This document shows, piece by piece, positions 50,854-60,327 of a DNA stretch of 64,000 bases. The notes beneath the pieces are model-generated. The model worked only from the letters and a program-made list of their open reading frames with translations, was not told the origin of the DNA and ran no database searches. Within the stretch, counting starts at the first letter, position 1. Each line of letters begins with the position of its first letter. Source of the stretch: an uncultured bacterium (GTDB lineage Bacteria; Patescibacteriota; JABMPQ01; CAVVCK01). The stretch spans positions 83,050 through 147,049 of the forward strand of contig CAVVCK010000001.1 of the NCBI GenBank assembly GCA_963746775.1, in the 5' to 3' direction. The position numbers and the translations under genes are program-made.

Positions 50854-51162
50854 ATGTTCAACAAACTAAAACAAATCCAAGATTTAAGAAAACAAGCCAA
50901 AGCCTTACAAAATAGTTTATCAGCTGAAACTATAACATCTGAGAAAGAAGGCGGTATGATTAAGGTAACTGTAGACGGTAACCATAAAGTGCAAAAAATA
51001 GAAATTGATAATGAATTATTAAATACTGAATCCAAGGAAAAATTAGAAAATGGACTGCAAAATGCCTTAAATAATGCAACTGATGATGTACAAAAAATGA
51101 TGGCTCGAAAAGTCCAATCAGGTGATATTAGTATGCCTAATATTCCTGGTTTTAATAACTAA
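50854..51162 (+). CDS. ybaB: Nucleoid-associated protein YbaB/EbfC
   Basis: 102 aa. MFNKLKQIQDLRKQAKALQNSL ... GGMIKVTVDGNHKVQKIEID. Canonical dnaX-ybaB-recR neighbourhood, partly rearranged here. Confidence 0.85.
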   Translation: MFNKLKQIQDLRKQAKALQNSLSAETITSEKEGGMIKVTVDGNHKVQKIEIDNELLNTESKEKLENGLQNALNNATDDVQKMMARKVQSGDISMPNIPGFNN

Positions 51163-51401
51163 TATTACACGATAATACTTTTTAAAAAAAGCTTATCAAA
51201 AAAGCAGTAATACGTAAATTATTAGCTGAAATACAGTAGATATACATAGAAATAAATTATCTTGATTACATCGCTACTTATTTCTATTGTATTTCAACTG
51301 TATATCTGTTAATTTATTGATATTTTTTAAAATAATTAATGAAACTTTAATATTTTGCGTAAGGTGAGTTAATTAATCATAATATTTCACATTAACACTT
51401 T

Positions 51402-52007
51402 ATGTCTTCATTTCTACCAAAACCAATTGAAAATTTAATAAACCAATTTGAAAGGCTTCCCGGCATTGGTCCCAAGTCAGCGGAAAGACTTACTTTTTAC
51501 TTATTGAAAGCAAAAAAGGATAAGTTAGATGAATTTGCTAAAAGCATTGCGGAGCTTAAAGATGGTATTACTATTTGCTCCATCTGCCAAAACAATGCCG
51601 AACAAAATCCTTGTTCAATTTGCAAGGATAAAAGTAGAGACAGATCTATTATTTGCGTAGTTGAAGAAGCACAAGACGCTTTGGTGCTGGAAAACACTCA
51701 TGAATATAAGGGTTTATACCATATTCTTCACGGCGCTATCTCCCCTATGAATAATATTTGCCCGGAAGATTTAAGAATTAAAGAATTATTAGAGAGAATC
51801 CAAAAAAATAAAGATACTAAAGAAATAATTCTAGCTACTAATCCCACACTAGAAGGAGAAGCCACAGCTATGTATATATCCAAACTTTTAAAATCACCCG
51901 GCCTAAAAATAACTCGTATCGCCCGCGGCCTTCCTTCTGGAGGAGACTTGGAATATGCTGATGATATTACACTAACCAATGCCTTGAATGGGAGAAAAGA
52001 ATATTAG
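51402..52007 (+). CDS. recR: Recombination protein RecR
   Basis: 201 aa. LINQFERLPGIGPKSAERL (HhH), C4 zinc finger CSICQNNAEQNPCSICKD, Toprim domain. Confidence 0.9.
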   Translation: MSSFLPKPIENLINQFERLPGIGPKSAERLTFYLLKAKKDKLDEFAKSIAELKDGITICSICQNNAEQNPCSICKDKSRDRSIICVVEEAQDALVLENTHEYKGLYHILHGAISPMNNICPEDLRIKELLERIQKNKDTKEIILATNPTLEGEATAMYISKLLKSPGLKITRIARGLPSGGDLEYADDITLTNALNGRKEY

Positions 52008-52064
52008 TTCTAAAAATATAAAATATTATATAAATTAGTATAAAATTTCTAATTTCTAATATCT

Positions 52065-52090
52065 CCGCCTCTTCGGCAGATCCGCCTCGG
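52065..52090. repeat. Copy B of the GC-rich dyad element (CCGCCTCTTCGGCAGATCCGCCTCGG)
   Basis: Matches 39252-39282 apart from a 1-nt indel and 2-3 substitutions. Lies in the convergent recR/rplU intergenic region. Confidence 0.5.
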
Positions 52091-52204
52091 AAGGACAATT
52101 TCCAATAAAAATTTCAATACCAAATGACAAAAATAATTTTAATATTGGACATTTATATTTTTGTTAGAAATTAGGAATTATTAATTGGAAATTATTTCTC
52201 AGTA

Positions 52205-52247
52205 AACGAAAACAGCCTCTAATATTATTGAAGGCTGTTTTTTAATA
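52205..52247 (-). terminator. Bidirectional terminator hairpin aacagcct-(13-nt loop)-aggctgtt with T/A tracts, immediately after the rplU stop
   Basis: 8-bp stem. tttttaat on the plus side, tttcgttt on the minus side. Confidence 0.55.
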
Positions 52248-52249
52248 AT

Positions 52250-52567
52250 TTAAGCTGTTATTTTCTCTACCTGCACTCTGGTATATTTCTGTCTATGTCC
52301 CGTCTTTCTTCTGTATCTCTTCTTAGCCTTATATTTAACAATAGTTACTTTCTCACCTTTGAATTTAGGATCTATAACCTTTACCTTAACAGAAGCGCTA
52401 GATAATTTAGGTGTACCTATTGCCGTTTTGCCTTTATCATCAAAGGTTAACAAAACATCTTCAAATTCAAAAGAATCACCCTCAGCTTTGTCTAGCATTT
52501 CTACATCTAGAATATCCCCTTCTTTTACTTTGTATTGTTTTCCTCCCGTTTGAATTACTGCGTACAT
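52250..52567 (-). CDS. rplU: 50S ribosomal protein L21
   Basis: 105 aa. MYAVIQTGGKQYKVKEGDIL ... canonical L21. Confidence 0.9.
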   Translation of the reverse strand: MYAVIQTGGKQYKVKEGDILDVEMLDKAEGDSFEFEDVLLTFDDKGKTAIGTPKLSSASVKVKVIDPKFKGEKVTIVKYKAKKRYRRKTGHRQKYTRVQVEKITA

Positions 52568-52581
52568 ATTTTTAAAATTAT

Positions 52582-53481
52582 TTATTCATTTTGCTCACTT
52601 TCTTCTATTCGCTCATCAAGAGTCCTAATCATATTAAATAATTCATCTTCTCTTCCATTATAATCTTCTTTATTCAATTTTTTCTGAAGATCTTCAAATC
52701 TTTCTGAAGCACTATTTCTAGAAGATTTTAAATAGTCAAGATCCCTTTCAATTTCCATTTTCTTGGACAATAATTTCATATCTGGAATTTCTTTTCGAGC
52801 CGCTTGTCTTATAATCTCAATTAAGCTTTTTTCTGCCTCAACAATTCTTTTGTCATATTCCTCTACCTGACTTCCTGCCTGGTTATACTCTTGAACCATT
52901 CTGCCTCTTTTATCTTTTTTTCTAGCATCCAATATACCCTCTATTTCTTCCAAGCTCCCTGAATCAGGCCCTTTCCCTTCACTTTTTAATTCCTTTAATA
53001 ATTCATCATATAATACTTCCCTTGCTGGTCTAAATTCTCCTTTCTGGAAACTATCCAAAGCCTTTCTTAACTCACCAACAATTGCTTTTTGTTTTTCCAG
53101 GGTCAAGCCCCCTTTGCCTAAGGCTCTATTTTGCCAACGCCCATGTTCTTTAGCTATAGTATCAACAACATCTTCACTACCCTGAAAATTCATCTTTTCG
53201 AATTCTCCTCCTTCAATTTCCCTTCCTTCTTTATTATTACCTTCTCCCCGAGTAACTAAAACCTTACCACCGGGCATAAACCTTTCAATTATCCAATCCG
53301 TTTCCATATTACTACTTCTGAAATCTTTACTGTTCTTATTTATGATAACTGCTCTATCACCAACTTTTTTTTCAGACAATGCTTTCGCCGCCTGGATTTC
53401 TCTAAACTCTCTTTTACCTTCCGAATCATCTGATTCTTCTTGTCTTGGTTTAGAAAAATTTTCTCCATTTAATGCTATCAT
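52582..53481 (-). CDS. Hypothetical charged/coiled-coil protein
   Basis: 299 aa. No recognisable catalytic motif. Confidence 0.35.
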   Translation of the reverse strand: MIALNGENFSKPRQEESDDSEGKREFREIQAAKALSEKKVGDRAVIINKNSKDFRSSNMETDWIIERFMPGGKVLVTRGEGNNKEGREIEGGEFEKMNFQGSEDVVDTIAKEHGRWQNRALGKGGLTLEKQKAIVGELRKALDSFQKGEFRPAREVLYDELLKELKSEGKGPDSGSLEEIEGILDARKKDKRGRMVQEYNQAGSQVEEYDKRIVEAEKSLIEIIRQAARKEIPDMKLLSKKMEIERDLDYLKSSRNSASERFEDLQKKLNKEDYNGREDELFNMIRTLDERIEESEQNE

Positions 53482-53533
53482 AACATTTATTTTTTCTAAT
53501 TATATCCATTTTAAGACAATTGTCAAAGGATAA

Positions 53534-55228
53534 TTAATATTCATCAGCTCCAATATCGATTCCCGCACCTCGTGGTCTTGATTGACCGTCATAATCATCA
53601 GTAAGCCCTGATATGCTTTGCCCGTGATCTACAACCGAAGAAACAGATGATCCTAAATGTAGATTGCCACAGCTGAGACAAGTAAACCAGGAGGCCTGGG
53701 CGTTTTCAACATTATGAGCCACCGTACCGGAAGCTCCGTCTCTTTGTGATATAGCCTTATTAGTTAAATTATTAGTTATGGATACATTTTGAGTTGTAGA
53801 AAATCGATACTCTATAGCATTAGGATAGCTATTAGCCATATAGATAGTATTATTGTAAACTTCCGATCCTGTAGCTGATTCTAATCCTATACTAACATCC
53901 GCGAAGCCTTCGCTAGTATCATGATAGATCATATTATTGCGAATTATACCATTAACATGTCCCCTATCGGTACCTAGGCCAAAACCTATGCCCCGATCAC
54001 AATTCATAATTAAATTTTTCTCAACCAAGGTATTTTCTGACCCGCTCCAGAAATGTATAGCAAATTCAGCCGTGGTATCTGAAGGGCTTTTTATATTCTT
54101 GAAAGTATTACCACGCACAATCCAATTTTTACCATTATGCACATCTATCCCGCCTGTATAGTATTGAGAACCCTGCCCGGCACTAAATTCAAATAATGAA
54201 TTTAATACTAGCCCATTATCTGAGGTTTGACTCAAATTATCAGCATTATAGGCAGCTTTGATCATTTGTTCGCCTGTATCGAGGACATGAACATTTATAA
54301 CATTTAGTGAATCAATATCATCCTGTAACTGCACGGCATGATTAGCTACATTACGCATAGTTACATCCCGTACAGTAAAATTAGATCCATCCACATTGAA
54401 AATATGAGAAACAGACCCGGTCATACCATCTCCGCGTAAAACCACTGAGTCCCTATTCCCCGAGACACTTCTAACTGTTACGCCAGAAGCAGCTACCCAA
54501 ATCATATTATCCAGAGTATAAGTTCCATCAGCTAATAATATTGTTTTAGGACCACCATTCTCAGTAGCTGCGATAGCATTTAATAAGCCAGAAACACTAG
54601 AAACAGTAGTTGTTCTCGTATCTTCTACATTCGTGCCTGTATTATCATTTGAATTAGAGCTTGTGCTATTATCACTTGTACTAGATGAACTATCACTACT
54701 ATTATCGGTACTATTACTATTTGTGGAATTATCCACATTTACTGTCCCTACTTCTATTTTAGCTAAATCAGAATTAGTAATACCTAGTCCTAGATTGCGC
54801 ATTAATTGAAAGGCATCAGCGGGACGTCCCATATAGTACCTATGGAGATTAACGGGAGAGACATACCAGGCTTCACCGTGTAATTGTACTTGGATTAGTA
54901 TTCTACCTTTAACGTACTTAATCATGTCTTTATCAATAGTCCAGGAAGTACCGTTAATAGGTACACGAGCGAGATTAGCGTCAGTTGCCCCTAATCCTAG
55001 GGCTCTCATGATATTCCAGGCATCACGAGGTCTTCCCAGATAGTATCTTTTATAGTCTACTGGAGAAATATACCAGGCTTCACCGTTATTTTGTACCTGA
55101 AGAACTATCCGACCGGCGAGACGTTCGGCAGTGGAAGAAGCAGCTCTAGTGATAGAGATAGGAAATGAGGAGAAAAGAAGGGATAGGGAGACTATTAAAG
55201 ACATAAATATATAGATTGATTTTTTCAT
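53534..55228 (-). CDS. Secreted right-handed parallel beta-helix (pectate-lyase-fold) protein with two N-terminal tandem repeats of about 75 aa and a Ser/Asn/Thr-rich linker
   Basis: 564 aa. Signal peptide. Repeats RIVLQVQNNGEAWYISPVDYKRYYLGRPRDAWNIMRALGLGATDANLARVP and RILIQVQLHGEAWYVSPVNLHRYYMGRPADAFQLMRNLGLGITNSDLAKIE. A low-complexity Ser/Asn/Thr-rich linker. C-terminal region with periodic N..I..N / GNTF.NI beta-helix rungs. Confidence 0.55.
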   Translation of the reverse strand: MKKSIYIFMSLIVSLSLLFSSFPISITRAASSTAERLAGRIVLQVQNNGEAWYISPVDYKRYYLGRPRDAWNIMRALGLGATDANLARVPINGTSWTIDKDMIKYVKGRILIQVQLHGEAWYVSPVNLHRYYMGRPADAFQLMRNLGLGITNSDLAKIEVGTVNVDNSTNSNSTDNSSDSSSSTSDNSTSSNSNDNTGTNVEDTRTTTVSSVSGLLNAIAATENGGPKTILLADGTYTLDNMIWVAASGVTVRSVSGNRDSVVLRGDGMTGSVSHIFNVDGSNFTVRDVTMRNVANHAVQLQDDIDSLNVINVHVLDTGEQMIKAAYNADNLSQTSDNGLVLNSLFEFSAGQGSQYYTGGIDVHNGKNWIVRGNTFKNIKSPSDTTAEFAIHFWSGSENTLVEKNLIMNCDRGIGFGLGTDRGHVNGIIRNNMIYHDTSEGFADVSIGLESATGSEVYNNTIYMANSYPNAIEYRFSTTQNVSITNNLTNKAISQRDGASGTVAHNVENAQASWFTCLSCGNLHLGSSVSSVVDHGQSISGLTDDYDGQSRPRGAGIDIGADEY

Positions 55229-55325
55229 ATGATTATATGTTAATTCCTACAAAGAGTAGGGTTAATAAAATATTTTTAAAAGTGCTTAATGCGGATATTT
55301 ACGATCAAATCCATAGAGACCGGAT

Positions 55326-56408
55326 TTAATCAGCGACATCTAAATAGGTTTTATATTTTTTCCTATAAATTCCCCAAATACTTATAAGAAAAGAAGTGAT
55401 TATTGGCCCTATTATGATACCAGAAATTCCAAAAGCAAGCAAGCCTCCTAGGGTAGCAAAGAAAATAAATAAAGGATGCATTTCAATGTCTTTGCCAACT
55501 AATGGTCCTCTTAATAAATTATCTATCGAAGAAACAATAATTACAAAAACTAAAATAACTATCGCCTGCCAAATATTTCCTAAAATAAACATAATGGCCG
55601 CTCCTGGAATTAAAACAATAGGCGCTCCCACGCTGGGTATAATAGCTAAAATAACCATAACCAATCCCCAAAAAGCAAAACCAGGTACGCCAGCTATCAA
55701 AAAAGCGATCGCTCCTAATACTCCCTGAATCAAACCAATCAACAATGTCCCTTTTAAAGTTGCCTTCGCAGTGGAGACAAAATCATCATATAATTTCTTT
55801 TCGTTCTTATCGCCAAGAGGAAAAATATACATTAATTGTTTTAATAAAGAATCCCCGTCTTTTATAAAATAATAAAGGGCATAGAACATAATAAAAAGCT
55901 GAATAATAAATTGCAAAGTATTCTGACCCCAAGAGGTTAGGATTTGATAAGCATAGCTGGAAATATTAGAACTTAAACTGGCAATCCGCTCTTGTAAATT
56001 AATTTGACCCATTATTTCCTGAGCATGCGGCAAACCCAAAATAGATTGCCAATAATTATTAAATTGATTATAAATTTCTCCATTGCCAAATTCCTGATAA
56101 ATATTAATAGCTTGGTTAATAATTAAATAGGCCACGCCGGCTAAAGGAATTAAAAAAACCAAAATAGCTAAAAGCATAGTCAACGAGGCAGCCAAATTTC
56201 TCTTTTTCTTACCAATTTTCTTTAAAATAAATTTATTAACTGGATAAAAAATAGAAGCAATCACCCCCGCCCAAAAAATTGCATAAATATATGGTTTAAG
56301 CATCCAAAAGAAAATCAAAGTAAAGCCAACCAGCAGACCAATAAAAGTATAAGATTGTATTTTTTTGAATTGCATAGTTTTTAATTTATTTCTACCAAGG
56401 AATAGCAA
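55326..56408 (-). CDS. AI-2E family transporter (UPF0118/PerM-like)
   Basis: 360 aa, 8 TM. Topology and the conserved central loop are typical of the family. Confidence 0.65.
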   Translation of the reverse strand: MLFLGRNKLKTMQFKKIQSYTFIGLLVGFTLIFFWMLKPYIYAIFWAGVIASIFYPVNKFILKKIGKKKRNLAASLTMLLAILVFLIPLAGVAYLIINQAINIYQEFGNGEIYNQFNNYWQSILGLPHAQEIMGQINLQERIASLSSNISSYAYQILTSWGQNTLQFIIQLFIMFYALYYFIKDGDSLLKQLMYIFPLGDKNEKKLYDDFVSTAKATLKGTLLIGLIQGVLGAIAFLIAGVPGFAFWGLVMVILAIIPSVGAPIVLIPGAAIMFILGNIWQAIVILVFVIIVSSIDNLLRGPLVGKDIEMHPLFIFFATLGGLLAFGISGIIIGPIITSFLISIWGIYRKKYKTYLDVAD

Positions 56409-56524
56409 AATGAGCTAAAGCGAATTTCGCGACATTCCAGCCAAGACAAATTTCACTTCGTTCAATTTGTCACTCCAAATACTTTTTTAAATTTTACAAT
56501 TTTACTCTTTCATAATACCCTAAC

Positions 56525-56560
56525 ACAAAAAAGACGGCAAATATATACCGTCTTTTTTAT
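56525..56560 (-). terminator. Bidirectional terminator aagacgg-caaatatata-ccgtctt flanked by A6/T6
   Basis: 7-bp GC-containing stem 19 bp downstream of the lipoprotein gene stop. Confidence 0.55.
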
Positions 56561-56578
56561 TCCTAAACTAACAAAATT

Positions 56579-57181
56579 TTATTCGCACAAATCAGCTTCA
56601 AAAGCTCCATCAATAGCGGTCTTGCCATCATCAAAATCAATTTTAGCATAACCTTTGACTTTATTATTTTCTGTATCAATGTCTGTAACTACAATTTTTG
56701 CTGCCCAATCAACATTAACACTCATAGGCGTGCCATCTTCCTGCTCATAGTGATAATAGGCATGGTAGTCATCAAATTCAATTTCATCTTCCATTTTCTT
56801 TTCAAATGTTCCGATCTCTAACATTTTAGAGCTAAAATTTACAGCATCATTATCTACTACTACGCCGCAAGTCTCGTCTGGTGCCATATCAGAAAAGCTC
56901 CAGCTATACTCATCATCCCATTTTTGAATTTGCACATTGGGAATAGTTACATCCTTTTCATTTATCTTGCCAGCAACTTCAGTAGTCGCAATGCCGGATT
57001 GATCAATAGCTGACGTCCAATTATCATCATAGGAAGTGGCCTCAGTGGCTTCTTCTGATGATGAATCGTCATTGGTATTGGTAGAGGTAGTACAGCCTCC
57101 TCCTGCCAAGATCATAAGTGATAAGGCTGCAATCATTGACAGCGCTGCCTTCTTTCCAAAAAACTCTTTGAGTTTTTTCAT
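56579..57181 (-). CDS. Hypothetical lipoprotein
   Basis: 200 aa. Signal peptide with lipobox LAGGGC, a Ser/Thr/Asp-rich linker, then a small acidic domain ending in Cys. Confidence 0.45.
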   Translation of the reverse strand: MKKLKEFFGKKAALSMIAALSLMILAGGGCTTSTNTNDDSSSEEATEATSYDDNWTSAIDQSGIATTEVAGKINEKDVTIPNVQIQKWDDEYSWSFSDMAPDETCGVVVDNDAVNFSSKMLEIGTFEKKMEDEIEFDDYHAYYHYEQEDGTPMSVNVDWAAKIVVTDIDTENNKVKGYAKIDFDDGKTAIDGAFEADLCE

Positions 57182-57307
57182 CTGTTTTTGTTTTTTAAAA
57201 TTAATAAATAAAAACTTGTTTTTATTATACTATATTTTTTTATAGAGGTAAATTTTTTTAAAAAATACTGTAGGTTTTTGTTGAGTATTTGAAATCCAGA
57301 AACTCTA

Positions 57308-58783
57308 TTAAGAAAAATATTTTCTCAATTCCTCCAATATCCTCACCATAGCCAAGGTATCCAGCTTGCAATACTTAATTAAATCCTCATAAATTTTTTC
57401 CGCCTCCTGCTTGGAAATCTTCGGGTCAATCATTTCCCGCCATTTATTGGAGGCAGTTTCCCCTTCATGGATATCAAGTTCTGAATATTTCAAATCAGGG
57501 CATAATACCGGCAATACTTTCTTAATTGAGGCGCTGCCGTGAAAATCCTGGTGCACATAAAATCCTTTGCGGAAGACAGACATTAAATCAAACATCCTAT
57601 TATTTACACCTTCAAAAAACTCAACAAATTCCGGATACCTTTCGCCCATTTCCCGATTGCACCCTTTCTCAAAGCCCATATTCCAAGCTAGAATTGTCCC
57701 CCGAGAACCAATCAATTTACTAAGCTCCTTGGCTAATCCCGGTGATGGGTCCCGGAAGCCTTGAGCCAAATATTCATAATGCTTTAATTCCGCGCCTTCA
57801 CTTTCCTGTACATGCAGAGAATATTGAAAAATCATGCGCTGGTAAGGACGATAGCCATCAAACAAGGGCACGCCCGGTGCAAAGGTTTCATAATCCAAAA
57901 AATACAAAGGATACTCTAATTTCTCCAGTTCATCCTTAATATTATCTTTTTCAATATGAACCTCGCCCGTCTTTTCCACGCTCCAATGCCGCAGCCCCGC
58001 CTGGCTGGTTACCACCCCCTCCGGAATATCCTTAATCTCCATAATCCCTTCATCAATAAGCATATTTAATTTCTTTTCATTCAATCCGCCGGCTATGCTG
58101 TAAATAGATCTTGCCGGCAAGTCCTTCCAACAATAAGAAAGAAAGGTGCACTCATAAGGATTATTGCACTGTTTTAAAATCCTCTGCTGCACTTCCTCTT
58201 TTTCTTTCATAATTGAAAGAGCCTTATCAATTTGAAGCTTCGTTTCTTCTTCTAAATATTTAACCTGGTCCGTCACCTCCACCAGTTCCAATAATTTATC
58301 CGGCTCTATCTCTCCTGACTTAACATATTTATTATTAATATGATAAATAAAAAGCTTGTCGACTTTTAAACCTGCTCCTTCCAGGCAAATCTTTTGGAAG
58401 GCTAAATCGTAAATATTGATATCTTTGACAGAAGTGGAGCTTTTTACTTCGTAAATATTATAGGCTTCCCCATCGTCAGCTAATTGCAAGATATCAGAGC
58501 GGCAAAAAAGATTTTTAGCGGAAAAAGTAGGCTGGAATATAACTTTTGCTTTTTCTTTTATTAATTTAGTGGTTTCAAATATGGATTCCTTAAATCCCTC
58601 TACTTGAGCATTTTTCCCATCAGGAAAAAGCTTATAGGCATAAGTCTCCACCTTATAGCCTTCATCAAAAATCTTCTGCAAATTCTCATCCACTTCCGCA
58701 GGCAATAAATCTTTTCTATTCTTATAGAGCCATAAATACTTTTTACACTGGATAAATTTTATAAAATCGGATTTGGTTAGCAT
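57308..58783 (-). CDS. DUF2779-type fusion of a Cas4/RecB-like PD-(D/E)xK nuclease (with a 4-Cys cluster) and a C-terminal RNase-H-fold 3'-5' exonuclease-like domain
   Basis: 491 aa. Cys13 plus CNNPYECTFLSYC (C-x5-C-x5-C) fit a Cas4/AddB-style Fe-S cluster. RSDILQL ... YEVKSS form a D...E-x-K nuclease motif. C-terminal YFLDYETF ... H ... D resembles DEDD exonuclease motif I. GC content is visibly higher than the neighbours (for example ccccgcctggctggttaccaccccctccgg). Confidence 0.55.
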   Translation of the reverse strand: MLTKSDFIKFIQCKKYLWLYKNRKDLLPAEVDENLQKIFDEGYKVETYAYKLFPDGKNAQVEGFKESIFETTKLIKEKAKVIFQPTFSAKNLFCRSDILQLADDGEAYNIYEVKSSTSVKDINIYDLAFQKICLEGAGLKVDKLFIYHINNKYVKSGEIEPDKLLELVEVTDQVKYLEEETKLQIDKALSIMKEKEEVQQRILKQCNNPYECTFLSYCWKDLPARSIYSIAGGLNEKKLNMLIDEGIMEIKDIPEGVVTSQAGLRHWSVEKTGEVHIEKDNIKDELEKLEYPLYFLDYETFAPGVPLFDGYRPYQRMIFQYSLHVQESEGAELKHYEYLAQGFRDPSPGLAKELSKLIGSRGTILAWNMGFEKGCNREMGERYPEFVEFFEGVNNRMFDLMSVFRKGFYVHQDFHGSASIKKVLPVLCPDLKYSELDIHEGETASNKWREMIDPKISKQEAEKIYEDLIKYCKLDTLAMVRILEELRKYFS

Positions 58784-58823
58784 TTTTTATTTTTGGAAAT
58801 TAAATGATTTTATTTAACTATAT

Positions 58824-59315
58824 CTATTTTCTACGTCCATCTTTATTATATAGATTAACAACATAACTTTTATTAACAATCCTAATTTTTTTATTATTGT
58901 ATTCAAACAGATTATTTTTAAAATAATCTGCCTTGCAGAAATATTTTTTTAATTTTCCATTTTTATTAGCCTTAAAATAATTCTCAATAATAACAGGCAT
59001 TTCTACTTCATAATGATATCTAGAGGAAAAATTTCTAAAACTTATTTTCTGGTAGCCTATCAACATTTTCTCTGGTTTAAAGACTACCCAATTTTTATTT
59101 TTAAAATCATTAATAATATTATTATTGTTAATTATTGTGCTAGCAGTATCCTCAAAAATATGAAAATCTATATCGCCATGAGGCCTAGGTTTCTCAAAAG
59201 AACCCTTACAGAGTTCCCAAGCTATGCCTCCGCCTAACCAATAATCTATCTTGTACTTATTAAATATTTCAGAAAATAAACAAATAGTTTCTAATTGATG
59301 TTGAAATTTATTCAT
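58824..59315 (-). CDS. Small Lnu(A)/LinA-like (lincosamide-nucleotidyltransferase-like) minimal nucleotidyltransferase
   Basis: 163 aa. YWLGGGIAWELCKGSFEKPRPHGDIDFHIF parallels Lnu(A) YWLDGGWG ... HRDIDIDF (about 161 aa): a GG ... D-x-D nucleotidyltransferase core of the same size class. Confidence 0.55.
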   Translation of the reverse strand: MNKFQHQLETICLFSEIFNKYKIDYWLGGGIAWELCKGSFEKPRPHGDIDFHIFEDTASTIINNNNIINDFKNKNWVVFKPEKMLIGYQKISFRNFSSRYHYEVEMPVIIENYFKANKNGKLKKYFCKADYFKNNLFEYNNKKIRIVNKSYVVNLYNKDGRRK

Positions 59316-59327
59316 TAGACTTTTTCA

Positions 59328-60263
59328 TTATCCCTTAAACTCCCTAATATATTTCCCAAACAATTTTTGAAATAAAACAGTTCTTTTATATAGCCATTCA
59401 AAATAATCTTCATAGTTATCTTGCTCAAAAATAAAAGGAACTTTCTTTTCTATTTTTATACGAGATGCTATAGAAGCATCAACCCATTCTACTTTTTCTT
59501 CAATTTCTTTTTCTATCTCATCTTTTTTATCTCGTAAATAGTTAAATAATTCTTTATTTCTATTTATATACACTTCACAACCTAATATATTTTCCCTGGA
59601 ATTTATTGTTAAGCCTATATGTGCATCGGAATTTCCCATGCTAAAATTATACCAATGTTGAGGACGTGGCGACTGTAATCTTATTCTGCTATCCTTTGAT
59701 TTTATGTATTCTTTCAACTTTGTCCAAAATTCTAATTGTTTAAGCTTAGTATCTGTCAATTCACTATTTTTCGGGCTTGTCTTTATTGTTTTTGCCCATT
59801 CATTAGGACTGATAATAATTTCAAATTTAGGTGCCGGATTTGAATCTTCTATCTGCCATAATTCAATCTTAATTAGAAAAAAACCAATACCTTCATCGGT
59901 ATGCTCATTTAACCATTCAATTGCTTTTTTATGTTCTTCTCTTTCATTTTTTACAATCCAGATAATAATTTCTGCGTCATACCCGGAAGCATAAGTTATA
60001 ATTTTACCAAGGTGATCATGATTGGTATCTTCTAGTTGATTCTCAATAATTATTTTTCTTTCCGAATTTTCCTCTTTAGCTAAAATATCTACATTAAATT
60101 TACCAACACTGGCCTCTGTTTGTATTAGTTCAATATTTACTCCAATTTCTTCGCTTAATAAATCTAAATATTCTTCTGAAGCTAGCCAGTTTGTAAATTC
60201 ATTTTCATGTACCCATTCTTTTCTTAAATCAACATTCTTTAACTTTGATAATGGTTTTTTCAT
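59328..60263 (-). CDS. DUF4268-like protein with an N-terminal PD-(D/E)xK (NucS/RecB-like) endonuclease domain
   Basis: 311 aa. WVHENEFTNWL ... VGKFNVDILAKEENSERKIIIENQLEDTNHDHLGKIITYASG shows the D ... (I/V)ENQ ... HLG pattern of this nuclease family. The C-terminal half is uncharacterised. Confidence 0.5.
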   Translation of the reverse strand: MKKPLSKLKNVDLRKEWVHENEFTNWLASEEYLDLLSEEIGVNIELIQTEASVGKFNVDILAKEENSERKIIIENQLEDTNHDHLGKIITYASGYDAEIIIWIVKNEREEHKKAIEWLNEHTDEGIGFFLIKIELWQIEDSNPAPKFEIIISPNEWAKTIKTSPKNSELTDTKLKQLEFWTKLKEYIKSKDSRIRLQSPRPQHWYNFSMGNSDAHIGLTINSRENILGCEVYINRNKELFNYLRDKKDEIEKEIEEKVEWVDASIASRIKIEKKVPFIFEQDNYEDYFEWLYKRTVLFQKLFGKYIREFKG

Positions 60264-60327
60264 TTTTTGTCTTTTTTTAATATTTAATAGGCTAAAGATT
60301 TAAAGGTAGACATTTTAATAATTTAAC

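Noticed and set aside
51163-51401. Possible tRNA or small RNA genes in intergenic regions (also 9753-10079, 43353-43580, 55229-55325, 56409-56578)
   Set aside because: No cloverleaf-compatible GC-rich segments or T-loop (GTTCnAnTC) motifs were found. These regions are uniformly AT-rich apart from terminator hairpins.
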